A program made the translations under genes and the position numbers. Below, in pieces: positions 49,562 through 58,916 of a DNA stretch of 64,000 nt. The notes under the pieces were generated by a model. It had not been told where the DNA came from. It saw nothing but the letters and a program-made list of their open reading frames with translations, and did no database searches. The stretch's first letter is position 1; each line of letters opens with the position of its first letter. Origin of the DNA: an uncultured Candidatus Saccharibacteria bacterium (GTDB taxonomy: Bacteria; Patescibacteriota; Saccharimonadia; Saccharimonadales; AWTP1-31); contig CAYPDT010000001.1 of NCBI GenBank assembly GCA_964409615.1, forward strand, positions 14,629 through 78,628. The letters are read 5' to 3'.

Positions 49562-49780
49562 CTAGAGCAAATCTATGGACTTAATCTTAAGCGCCTTCAT
49601 CATACTTTGCAGTTTCTCAAATGAGGGATTTTCCTCGCCACGCTCTACACGAGCATAGAAGTTAACATGTACGCCAGATTTTGTAGCGACTTCAAGCTGA
49701 GTCAACTTTAAAACTTCGCGTGCTTTCTTTAACCGCTCGCCAAGTTCTTTTCGTGCTTTTTCTTGCTCATCACTAGCCAT
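49562..49780 (-). CDS. XRE-family helix-turn-helix transcriptional regulator
   Basis: LGERLKKAREVLKLTQLEVATKSGVHVNFYARVERGEENPSFEKL is a canonical HTH_3. Confidence 0.85.
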   Translation of the reverse strand: MASDEQEKARKELGERLKKAREVLKLTQLEVATKSGVHVNFYARVERGEENPSFEKLQSMMKALKIKSIDLL

Positions 49781-49820
49781 ATATGGATACTATACCATAA
49801 CTGTATATTTATAGGTGCTT

Positions 49821-52800
49821 CTACCCTGCTTGCACGGTCGGAGTCACCAACCTTGGAACGGAGTTAGTAGCTTTTCCGGCTTTTGGTAGGGTGATTTGCA
49901 CAGTTGTACCATTCGAGCTACTGGATAGCTCAATCTTTCCACCTAATTGCTCAACAATTAACTTGTCCGTGTAGAGACTCAAGCCTAGACCCTGATAGTC
50001 GTAGGTTTCTGTGTCGGTAGCCCTATAGAACGGTTCAAACATATGGGGTAGTCGTTCGGTTGGGATTCCAATACCATTGTCAGTCACACGTATAACTACC
50101 TGTTTTCTGGCTGGATGAGCTGAGATATCTATCGTTCCGCTATCTTTATTGAACTTGATGGCATTATCTATAACAGACCGCACGAGCTGTTTTAGTTGCT
50201 CCGGCTGAGTGGAGGCTTCGAGATCATCGGGAATACTTACCTGTATTTGTAGATGTTTCGCTTCGGTCTGAGGCTGCAGTTCACTAAGGGTGCGCGTTAC
50301 TTCTTGTTTTAGGTTAAGGAGTGGATTGTCAGAAGACAAGTTCGTTAACTGGGTTGTTTTTGCCAGACTGCTAACCGTTGCCCCGAGCATACCGAGTCCG
50401 TTATAGAAGGTCCTAGTCTCCGGAATGATATGGAAGTCCTTACTAGCGATACTCAGATTCTCGTAGTTGTCAGCAAGTGATGAACTAGCCTGCGACATAA
50501 AGATTGTTCGTTGATTCACCAACTGTTGTTCTGTGGCAATCGAGGCTTGGGCAACTGCTTGAGCTGTAAGCTGCACGTCACGATTATTGTGAGCAAAGGC
50601 GATCAGGCCAGCTGCCAAAATGAGGCAAAGTATTTGAAGGCCGGTCTGTACCAAGCTCAGTGTATAGACGTGGGCGTGCGTGAACAAGAAGGTAGCTAGG
50701 ATTAAGAGCGTCGTCACGATAGCTATGGGTACCCAGACGGCTCGTTGCTTGAGGGGACTGGATTTGTGTGAAACCGTGCCTATCATAGCCACACCTGCAC
50801 TCGGGAGATCGTGGGTGTCACTTGCGGCAGTTACCAGTTGTGCAGCCGTGCCTAGTTGCGTTACGTCTGCAGAATATTTCTTTAACTTTGACTGAAGGTT
50901 TGCTATAGCCCACTCCGGTAGCTTACGGAGTGAGGCAAGCAGCTCAACAGCTCCATTCATGATTGCTAACGGTGTATTGAGGTAGTGCGTGGTTATTGCC
51001 AAGTAGGTATCGAGGGCTTGTTTTGTGCCTCGCAGTCTCGACAAAGCTGACTCCAGTCGTTTTCGTGCCAGGTATTCTTTGCGGGCTCGCCAGGAATATA
51101 GCCCAGCAATGATGAGTAGGATGAGTAGCAAGAGCCAGTTTATCGAGATGGCTGCAGTATCTGAAAAGCGTTGCAAGAAACCACTGCGTTTGCTCACAGC
51201 AAAATTATTGATTTGATCTTTCAAGACACTCTCTTGAGGTCCACCCGCCGACTCGGAACTTGTGGACGGTGGGCTGAGAATGGAAGTACTCGGAGGCGTC
51301 TTGGGGGTAGTGGGTTTTGGCTTTGGGTTAGGGGCAACGGGCGGTGGAGTAGTACCTCCTCCACCGCCACCACCTGAGCTATGAGTGTAAGCCGCACTAC
51401 TAACATTGTTAACTGTGAGCGTTGAAAAATCGATGTTACTACCGAGTGCTGCATAGATAACTGCTGCATCGGCTGTCTCGTGATGAACATCAATGTAAAA
51501 CGCCTTGCTCGTTGAGCTACTGGTAGTAAAGTTTGCATTGGCCGAGCCTAGTACATCGAACTCAATACTCTGCCCTACATTGATCAAAACATTAGACACT
51601 GCGTTTGTACAATCGAGCACATGATGACCAGCAAACACCGCTGGCCAGTATGGACTTGGGATGTTGTCTGCAAGACCGTAATCTGTACACGTCACTTGTG
51701 ACCCGTTGGTATTAGAGACGAAGGTAAATTCTGTGGGCAGGACAGTGATCATCTCGCCTATAAACTCTGAATTAACCGGACCTTCATTCGTGATCTTAAT
51801 GTGGTACGTTACAGTATCTCCATTTACAATATTCCCTGTTGTAGTGAGAGTTTGGGTGAGGCTGAAGTCGGTTTGATCAGAGACTGGAGGCGGGCAGTTC
51901 TCCCCAGCGTCGTTGATAGTCCATGAAAAAGTAGAAATAATATCAGCTCGGTCCGAGGCAGCAGCACAGTAGGTACTGGTGCCAGCATCAAAGGTGACAC
52001 CAGCCTGCAAGGCTAGAAGATCCCAACCCACCAGGGTGTCATCATAGTTAGTGGTTGAAAGTCCAGAAGTTGAGGAGAGCATGCCGCCGACGTCTCCAAA
52101 CATATAAGACATATTTGTTACTTGGTCTACGTTCCATGAGTCCAATGACTGATCAAAGGAAGAGGCTCCCGCAAACATACCATCCATGCGTGTCACATGA
52201 CTTACGTCCCAACTGTCCAAAGGTTGATTGAAAGATACGGCGCCTACAAACACTCCTTCCATATCCGTCACGCTACTGACATCCCAACTATCAAGTGGCT
52301 GATTAAATGAAGCAGCTTCTTGGAACATTAGGCCCATGTTTGTCACATTACTAACATCCCAGTTATCAAGAGGCTGGTTAAAGGCAGTTGCTGCAGCAAA
52401 CATTCCACTCATTGTAGTCACATTACCAACGTCCCAATTATCAAGTGGCTGATTAAAGTCAGCGGCACCACAAAACATGCAATGCATATCTGTTACCTGA
52501 CTAACATCCCAACTATTGAGCGGCTGGTTAAAGGCTGTTGTACCAGCGAGACCTTCGTAGCCAAACATGAAGTCCATGTCGGTTACATTACTAGTGTCCC
52601 AACTATCAAGTGGCTGATTAAATGAAGCAGCTTCTTGGAACATTAGGCCCATGTTTGTCACATTACTAACATCCCAGTTATCAAGAGGCTGGTTAAACAT
52701 AGTCGCATGGCCAAAAGTGTCGTACATGCTGGTTACCTGACTAACATCCCAGTTATTGATGTTTGAGTTAAGTGAAGTATCACCCGTAAACATGAAGTCC

Positions 52801-55800
52801 ATATCGGTCACCCCCGATAAATCGGGCGTATCAGTTGCAGGGATAGTAAGATGGGAAGCGCCACCAAAGGCTTCATACATTGATGTCCAGTGATTCGTAC
52901 CCCATTGCTCAACAGTTAGGATTTTCTCATTATCTTTATCGGTATCACTTCCATATAACTCGATGCGTGGAAAAAGTCCGGTAATTTTAACTGTATACGT
53001 CCCAGCCGTTGCGTAGGTGTGATTTGCATCCCCCGTGAAGCCTGTGTCAGTGCTAGAATCACCCCAATCAACGTTGTAGTTGTAAGTTTCGCCCGAGTGG
53101 GTAGGAATAATGATCTGGTTACTGGCAGATACACCAGGATTATCCGTCTTCCAGGTAGTTATGAAAGGACATGTACCCGTACAAGGCGGGGTAGTGCATG
53201 CAACGGTATCGAAGGTTTGATCTTCACCATAACCAGTCCCGTCAATGTTTTGTGCGAATGCTCTGAAGTGGTAAGTAACGCCACAATCTAGTGTGCTGAC
53301 GTCGAGCGCGTAATCACCAACCTGGTGCACGGTATATTCACGAACTTCCGAAGAGCCGGGAAGGATGACAGTTCCGTCACCCTTGACTGCAATGCTACTA
53401 CCCATACCGTTAAAACTTGTCACATAATGGCCGCTACTGGTGAATACTTGGGTGCGGGCATTGCCGAAGTCAATGGCATATATGTTATCAACCGTATCAA
53501 ATGCCATTCGGACGACACCATTGAACTGCCCAACAGCGCCACCTAACGACCCCCACTCAGTGATAAAGTTCCCGTCGCTATCGAACTTAACAACTCGATC
53601 ATTATTTACAGAAGGTGAGCTTTTATCGCTTACATAAACTCTGTCGTGACTATCAATTGCTATGCCAAAAGGTGTCTGGAGATGATCACCGAGCGTTCCA
53701 ATCGAGCTCCATTTAGTGATGAAGTTCCCATCGCTATCAAATTTCTGGATTCGATTATTCAGCTGATCCGTTACGTAGACATTACCGATACTGTCTACGG
53801 CAATCTGGGATGGTTCATTAAACTGCCCGTCACCTGTGCCAAATGAGCCCCACTTGGTAATAAAGTTTCCATCGCTATCGAACTTCTGTATTCGGTTGTT
53901 AGCATAATCAGCCACGTATACTTCGTCACTGTGACTAATGGCGATTCCACACGACTGGTTGAACTGCCCATCACCCGTACCAAATGAGCCCCACTTCGTA
54001 ATAAAAGTTCCGTTACTATCAAACTTCTGAACGCGATTGGGTGGTGAGCCGACGCCGTTGTTGCCCTCTGTAGTGTAGATGTTCCCCTGACTGTCGAGCG
54101 CAACTCCTGAAGTGGTGGTGAACTGGCCATCACCACCGCCAGCCTGCCCCCATTGTTTACTTTGTGTATAGCTTGCTGGAGATTCACTTACCGTTTGGCC
54201 ATAACTTGTGGAAGTTCCGTATTCAAAACCTCTACTATTGACGGGGTGTGAACCAACCGTCCATAGCGTACCTTGCAATCTAGCAGTGTCTCCAGTTACA
54301 TTTGTTGCTGCATTTGTCGAGACAAGTGGAGGTGCTCGTAACTGTGGAAGACCATCGGCAATAGTTTTCCAGATGGTGCTAAAGTCCCAGTCGTTAAGCG
54401 GTGCACTTGAGTTATTATTGGTGAAGTAGTTAGGCTGCCCATTTGCAATGTTAACTCCTACGGCATTCTGGCCGATACCGATACCGTTGCCGCCGCCATC
54501 TGCTTGCCCAGTACGGCTAACGTCAAAGTAGTTGGAGCTCAGATCAGACGAAGTAGCACCAAAAAAGCCACTTCCATTCTCACTACCAGAAATAACAACA
54601 GAGCTAGCGCTAAAACTATCCTCAACGGTTTGGGTATATCCTCCTCCATAGCCGACTAAACCAGCCGAACTGGCTGACGAATCACTACTGGGACAGCTTA
54701 CGCTTCCTGACGAGTATGTTCGTTGAATAGTACTATTCAAAGCTGTACCAACGAGGCCGCCGCAATGTCTCCAGTAAGCGTTAGATACACCGATGATGCT
54801 GCCCGTGGCGTAGCTATCTCTTATAACTCCTGCTTGACTCGGTGTGCCGTTAACTCCAACCAATCCGCCGGCTGATCCTACACCTGTTGCGTTAAGCAAA
54901 CTGATATTACCACTAGCGTAGCTTTTCTCGATAAGACCCCGGTTGTCGCCTACTAAACCACCTACGCCTGTTGTTGAACTGATAGTGACATCGGCATGGA
55001 CAGAACTTATTGTTCCGAGATTGCTGGCAGCAACAGAACCAACAGATACTCCAGCTCCTGTCGGGCACCCCGTAATATTACCGCGCACCGTAAGATTTTT
55101 TACAACTCCACCCGTAACAATGAACTGAAATATCCCTAGTTGTGAGGCACAGCGGTTAATATAAAAAGCGTTAATGGCATAGTCTTTACCATTTAGCTCA
55201 CCACTAAATATGCTAATTGGCGTGAAGCCTTGGCCGCTGTCCCAACCACTTGAAGCGCTGCAATCTATGTCTGTTGTTAATATATAGTGCGCGCTTAAAT
55301 TAGATTCTAATTCCTGCAGCTGGTCACAGGTTGCGATTTGGTAGGGGTTCTGACTGGTTCCTGCCCCGCTGCCCGAGAATGCAAAAATATGAGGAGCTAC
55401 TATCAGCAGTGTAATTGCCATCACGACAAAACTGGTTGTCCCCATTGCCACCGAGTAGCTGAGTGGCCGCCAATGATACCTTAGTAACGGCAAGCTAACC
55501 ACTTTCAGGTGATGAAGAAGTCCGTATTGAACAGATGGCAGTTCTGCTTTCAAGGGTTTTTTGTGCTGCCTATAGTCAATGATGAGGTAGGCTGTTAGGC
55601 CTAAAACCAGGGCTGCTAATAGACCGATAGAAAGGATCGTTTCGTCAAGTAAGAAGTTTATCTTTGAGTTAGTGATTTCGTGAGAAGTCGAATGATAGAG
55701 GCTTTGACCGAGTGAACTGTATGCTAGTACAGTGGTAATTGTACTCAAGGATGCAATCAATAGAATCGAATACAGGAAGTACCGATATCGGTAGCCTACA

Positions 55801-55862
55801 CGAGCAATATATGCTTTGAGTCTTCCTAAGCGAGTCAGTAGACTCTGCAACTTAACAGCCAT
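49821..55862 (-). CDS. giant multi-domain surface protein fused to histidine-kinase core (GLUG repeats, Ig-like, NHL propeller, DUF285/BspA-like repeats, DUF11-like, TM, H-box, 2 TM, HATPase_c)
   Basis: Uninterrupted 2013-aa ORF. 3 N-terminal TM helices. GVGGLVG/SAGGLVG repeats, NRIQKFDSDGNFITKWGSFGTGDGQF NHL repeats, about 10 FNQPLDxWDVSxVTxMxxMF repeats. C-terminal N/G1/F/G2 boxes DNAIKF, DNGIGI, FEPFYR, GLGLSL. Confidence 0.85.
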   Translation of the reverse strand: MAVKLQSLLTRLGRLKAYIARVGYRYRYFLYSILLIASLSTITTVLAYSSLGQSLYHSTSHEITNSKINFLLDETILSIGLLAALVLGLTAYLIIDYRQHKKPLKAELPSVQYGLLHHLKVVSLPLLRYHWRPLSYSVAMGTTSFVVMAITLLIVAPHIFAFSGSGAGTSQNPYQIATCDQLQELESNLSAHYILTTDIDCSASSGWDSGQGFTPISIFSGELNGKDYAINAFYINRCASQLGIFQFIVTGGVVKNLTVRGNITGCPTGAGVSVGSVAASNLGTISSVHADVTISSTTGVGGLVGDNRGLIEKSYASGNISLLNATGVGSAGGLVGVNGTPSQAGVIRDSYATGSIIGVSNAYWRHCGGLVGTALNSTIQRTYSSGSVSCPSSDSSASSAGLVGYGGGYTQTVEDSFSASSVVISGSENGSGFFGATSSDLSSNYFDVSRTGQADGGGNGIGIGQNAVGVNIANGQPNYFTNNNSSAPLNDWDFSTIWKTIADGLPQLRAPPLVSTNAATNVTGDTARLQGTLWTVGSHPVNSRGFEYGTSTSYGQTVSESPASYTQSKQWGQAGGGDGQFTTTSGVALDSQGNIYTTEGNNGVGSPPNRVQKFDSNGTFITKWGSFGTGDGQFNQSCGIAISHSDEVYVADYANNRIQKFDSDGNFITKWGSFGTGDGQFNEPSQIAVDSIGNVYVTDQLNNRIQKFDSDGNFITKWSSIGTLGDHLQTPFGIAIDSHDRVYVSDKSSPSVNNDRVVKFDSDGNFITEWGSLGGAVGQFNGVVRMAFDTVDNIYAIDFGNARTQVFTSSGHYVTSFNGMGSSIAVKGDGTVILPGSSEVREYTVHQVGDYALDVSTLDCGVTYHFRAFAQNIDGTGYGEDQTFDTVACTTPPCTGTCPFITTWKTDNPGVSASNQIIIPTHSGETYNYNVDWGDSSTDTGFTGDANHTYATAGTYTVKITGLFPRIELYGSDTDKDNEKILTVEQWGTNHWTSMYEAFGGASHLTIPATDTPDLSGVTDMDFMFTGDTSLNSNINNWDVSQVTSMYDTFGHATMFNQPLDNWDVSNVTNMGLMFQEAASFNQPLDSWDTSNVTDMDFMFGYEGLAGTTAFNQPLNSWDVSQVTDMHCMFCGAADFNQPLDNWDVGNVTTMSGMFAAATAFNQPLDNWDVSNVTNMGLMFQEAASFNQPLDSWDVSSVTDMEGVFVGAVSFNQPLDSWDVSHVTRMDGMFAGASSFDQSLDSWNVDQVTNMSYMFGDVGGMLSSTSGLSTTNYDDTLVGWDLLALQAGVTFDAGTSTYCAAASDRADIISTFSWTINDAGENCPPPVSDQTDFSLTQTLTTTGNIVNGDTVTYHIKITNEGPVNSEFIGEMITVLPTEFTFVSNTNGSQVTCTDYGLADNIPSPYWPAVFAGHHVLDCTNAVSNVLINVGQSIEFDVLGSANANFTTSSSTSKAFYIDVHHETADAAVIYAALGSNIDFSTLTVNNVSSAAYTHSSGGGGGGGTTPPPVAPNPKPKPTTPKTPPSTSILSPPSTSSESAGGPQESVLKDQINNFAVSKRSGFLQRFSDTAAISINWLLLLILLIIAGLYSWRARKEYLARKRLESALSRLRGTKQALDTYLAITTHYLNTPLAIMNGAVELLASLRKLPEWAIANLQSKLKKYSADVTQLGTAAQLVTAASDTHDLPSAGVAMIGTVSHKSSPLKQRAVWVPIAIVTTLLILATFLFTHAHVYTLSLVQTGLQILCLILAAGLIAFAHNNRDVQLTAQAVAQASIATEQQLVNQRTIFMSQASSSLADNYENLSIASKDFHIIPETRTFYNGLGMLGATVSSLAKTTQLTNLSSDNPLLNLKQEVTRTLSELQPQTEAKHLQIQVSIPDDLEASTQPEQLKQLVRSVIDNAIKFNKDSGTIDISAHPARKQVVIRVTDNGIGIPTERLPHMFEPFYRATDTETYDYQGLGLSLYTDKLIVEQLGGKIELSSSSNGTTVQITLPKAGKATNSVPRLVTPTVQAG
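52282..52382. repeat. 101-nt perfect direct repeat, copy 1 (inside DUF285-like repeat block)
   Basis: Checked base by base and identical to 52597..52697. The 315-nt offset is in frame. Confidence 0.95.
52597..52697. repeat. 101-nt perfect direct repeat, copy 2
   Basis: Identical to 52282..52382. Confidence 0.95.
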
Positions 55863-56015
55863 ATATTACTACCCGCTTTTTTTACGCTCATGCTTGTATT
55901 TATTGTATCACAAGAACACCTTGGCTAACCTTGAGTGCAAGCACTTTAAACTACTGAGCAATACTGGTTGTCAGACTGTGCATCCCACCCTGTTAACTTG
56001 GTCATGTTATAGAAC

Positions 56016-56816
56016 CTATCGCTCCAAGTCGCTTATCGACACTTGCTCATCTTCCTCAAAAGCTTCAGCCCAAACGGACGGCTTATTATCGTTTGCGAGT
56101 AGTCTATCTATAGTCGTCGTGTAAAACTCAAAGTCCTGGCTAGTCTCTTCAATAGTCTTGAGTAAGCGCTTCTCAATAGTGTCAGTAGGAGCTATTAAAA
56201 GCACATACGGGTAATCGCCCTCCCAACCCTCATCTTCTTCGTGCGTTTGGTACGTTCTCATTTTCTTAATATGGACAAAGTAGGGTACGCCTTTCTCAAG
56301 GATGCTCACCATAAACTCGTTAACTTTACCTTCTTTTGACTTCACTCGCCTAAGGTAGAAATCTGGTAATGGCCTTGGGAAGAAGTCATAGGCACTTAGC
56401 TCAAATCTGCTGAAGATACTGAAAGTGTCACCATAATGTCGTTTAAAGGCACTGAAGATCTCTAAAGCCTGTAAACACTTGTTGATGTACTCCAAGTTCA
56501 TCCGTTTGTTCTTATACATGTTACGGAGCGCCATATCGCTCAGTTTGTGCTCCTCGTTTCGGAGTAACTTGATCCCTTTGGTATCCAAACAATAGATTGC
56601 AGGTATATGCGCCAACCTGAAGCTTCCGTTGTACCTTTTCTCTACAAATCCTTGCCCAACCAAGACATACAGATTCTCATAGACACTCGACTTATTTCTT
56701 CCTAATACTTCTGCCAATAACGGCACACTAACAAATCTAAACTTATATATTAGTTTTAATAATCTTAACTGTTTTTCTGTTAACGTCTTTCTATATTTAG
56801 GTTCTTTTTTTAACAC
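56016..56816 (-). CDS. replication-relaxation-like winged-helix protein
   Basis: LTEKQLRLLKLIYKFRFVSVPLLAEVLGRNKSSVYENLYVLVGQGFVEKRY resembles the N-terminal wHTH of replication-relaxation family proteins of plasmids/ICEs. Confidence 0.45.
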   Translation of the reverse strand: MLKKEPKYRKTLTEKQLRLLKLIYKFRFVSVPLLAEVLGRNKSSVYENLYVLVGQGFVEKRYNGSFRLAHIPAIYCLDTKGIKLLRNEEHKLSDMALRNMYKNKRMNLEYINKCLQALEIFSAFKRHYGDTFSIFSRFELSAYDFFPRPLPDFYLRRVKSKEGKVNEFMVSILEKGVPYFVHIKKMRTYQTHEEDEGWEGDYPYVLLIAPTDTIEKRLLKTIEETSQDFEFYTTTIDRLLANDNKPSVWAEAFEEDEQVSISDLER

Positions 56817-57049
56817 ACTCTAATCTTCTATCTCCCACTACCATTCTTACTATTAGTAGCTCTATATGTATATATAATAGAGAGGAAAATTTATAGCAAG
56901 CATACAGATTAGAAGATGCGAAATAATAGGGCTTCCGATAGTGGGGCTAGTTATCCACAGGAATATACGAAATATCTTCACTTTACTCTTGCAATACACA
57001 CTATACGGATAGTACAATATATCCATATAATGTTGGTCGAGGGTACGAC

Positions 57050-57331
57050 ATGGCACTACTAGAACAGATGGTTCAACAAGCAGGGATACGGGGTAATAGT
57101 CCACTGGCTGCAATAGACGAAGCTATGCAGCGTGTCCTTGCTCCACCTCAGCAAGAGACTAAACTACTAAAAGCTCGCCATACTATGGGTGCTGCTCTGG
57201 TTGATGTGCCTGATGAGGATTTAGAAGTATATCTCACTGAATTCCAGCACTTGGTCGATGGTTGGTTTGATTGCTTCGAGCAGGACATGTTTAACGGAGC
57301 CACACTTAAACAAGTGCTCGGTCAAAGCTAG
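57050..57331 (+). CDS. hypothetical small protein upstream of the recombinase
   Basis: 93-aa ORF ending 1 nt before the recombinase ATG. No motif recognised. Confidence 0.4.
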   Translation: MALLEQMVQQAGIRGNSPLAAIDEAMQRVLAPPQQETKLLKARHTMGAALVDVPDEDLEVYLTEFQHLVDGWFDCFEQDMFNGATLKQVLGQS

Positions 57332-57332
57332 C

Positions 57333-58916
57333 ATGGCAGACATCGATTCTACCAGTAAGCCTCCTGGATCTGGCAAAGCAGTAATATATCTACGTGTTTC
57401 AACAGAAGAACAAGTTGAAAACTATTCGCTAGATACGCAGGCAGATATTTGTCGCAAGGAAGCTGAAAGACGAGGATTTGGGATACTGGAGATCTTCCGT
57501 GAAGAAGGACGCTCGGCAAAGACCATACGTGACCGTCCCACTCTCATAGAGCTATTAGAGTTTTGCCGAAAACACCGAAAAGAAGTTGATGCCGTAATAG
57601 TCTACAGGCTTGATCGAATTTCAAGACAAACAGCTGACTACTTAGCGATACGCAAGAAGCTAACCGAATGCGATATTACCCTCATATCGGCCTCAGAACC
57701 AACGGGCGATACCCCAACCGAACGCTTTATAGAGACCATGCTGGCAGGATTTGCTCAAATGGATAACGATGTTCGGGGTGAGCGCGCGAGGAACGGCATG
57801 AAAGCACGTTTTATGAGCGGTCTATATAATGGTCCGCCTCCTTTAGGCTACGTGAGACAGGACGGATATGCAGCAAAAGACGCGGAATCGTATAGCATTG
57901 TTCAAGAAGCATGGGAACTCATGGCTACTGGCACTAAAAGTCTTCGAGATATGGCTAACTTCCTAAATGAAAAAGGTGTCAGGAATCGACGTAAAGGCTA
58001 CAAGGAAACTCTCATACGCAAACAGACTATGAGTAGTATCTTTCGTAATAAGTTTTACGCTGGCAAAGTCGTGTCTAGGAAGTACGGACAAGAAGTCCAA
58101 GGCCAACACCCACCCATGATCACCGAAGAGGTATTCTACCGTGTACAGGCAGTTTTAGATGGCAAGAACCATAATACGCCCATACGACTTGCCAGACGCA
58201 CTCGAAATAACCCCGACTTCCCTTTGAGGCGTGTTGTCCGTTGCGGTAGATGTGGTCAATCTTTTACAGGTGCTTGGAGTAAAGGTAAACGCTTGCTATA
58301 CGGCTATTACTTTTGTATTAAGCGCTGTGGCGCGAAGTCAAACGTACCATTAGCTGAAATCGAGCCTGAAACCAAAGGCCTACTTGAGAGTATTACATTA
58401 AAGCCTGAGACAACTCAGCTCATTAACGCTTTTATACGGAGAACCTACGTCTTACGAGTAGGTGCTTTACGACTAAAGCGAGATCAGGCCGACATCGAAC
58501 TTAAGAAAGTCTATGAGACACGACAGGCGCTGATAGAGAAAAACCTAGATGGTACCTATTCGGATGAGATATTCAAGGAGCAGAATAAGATATTAGAGGA
58601 AAAGATTGGTGCTATTCAGACTGCAAAAGATGTAGCGACTATCGAAAAGTATAACCTCGAGGCAATCACGCAGTTCATTCAGGATAAGTTTACAAACCTA
58701 AATAACACCTACGAAGAGGCTGATTTAGAGCGTAAACGGGTTTTACTGTGTTCGATATTCCCTAAAGGATTGGCTTGGAGCTATCCGGGTTATTCCAACA
58801 CCCAAATAAGTCCGTTCTACCAGTGTTTTCTCGATATTCAAAATGGAAAGGTCAAAATTGGTGCGGGTTACGGGACTCTAACCCGTGGCCTCGTCCTTGG
58901 CAAGGACGCGCTCTAA
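57333..58916 (+). CDS. large serine recombinase
   Basis: AVIYLRVSTEEQ (catalytic Ser), VYRLDRISR, recombinase domain, Zn-ribbon CGRCGQSF...C-x3-C, coiled-coil C-terminus. Start set at MADIDS (57333). Confidence 0.9.
   Translation: MADIDSTSKPPGSGKAVIYLRVSTEEQVENYSLDTQADICRKEAERRGFGILEIFREEGRSAKTIRDRPTLIELLEFCRKHRKEVDAVIVYRLDRISRQTADYLAIRKKLTECDITLISASEPTGDTPTERFIETMLAGFAQMDNDVRGERARNGMKARFMSGLYNGPPPLGYVRQDGYAAKDAESYSIVQEAWELMATGTKSLRDMANFLNEKGVRNRRKGYKETLIRKQTMSSIFRNKFYAGKVVSRKYGQEVQGQHPPMITEEVFYRVQAVLDGKNHNTPIRLARRTRNNPDFPLRRVVRCGRCGQSFTGAWSKGKRLLYGYYFCIKRCGAKSNVPLAEIEPETKGLLESITLKPETTQLINAFIRRTYVLRVGALRLKRDQADIELKKVYETRQALIEKNLDGTYSDEIFKEQNKILEEKIGAIQTAKDVATIEKYNLEAITQFIQDKFTNLNNTYEEADLERKRVLLCSIFPKGLAWSYPGYSNTQISPFYQCFLDIQNGKVKIGAGYGTLTRGLVLGKDAL

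Larger units (their letters stand above)
48878..58864. mobile_element. putative ~10 kb integrative element inserted in the 3' end of tRNA-Gly
   Basis: Bounded by TTGGTGC at 48871..48877 and 58858..58864. Carries a large serine recombinase next to the tRNA, a replication-relaxation-like gene, XRE, a HEPN-like gene and the 2013-aa cargo gene. Confidence 0.5.
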
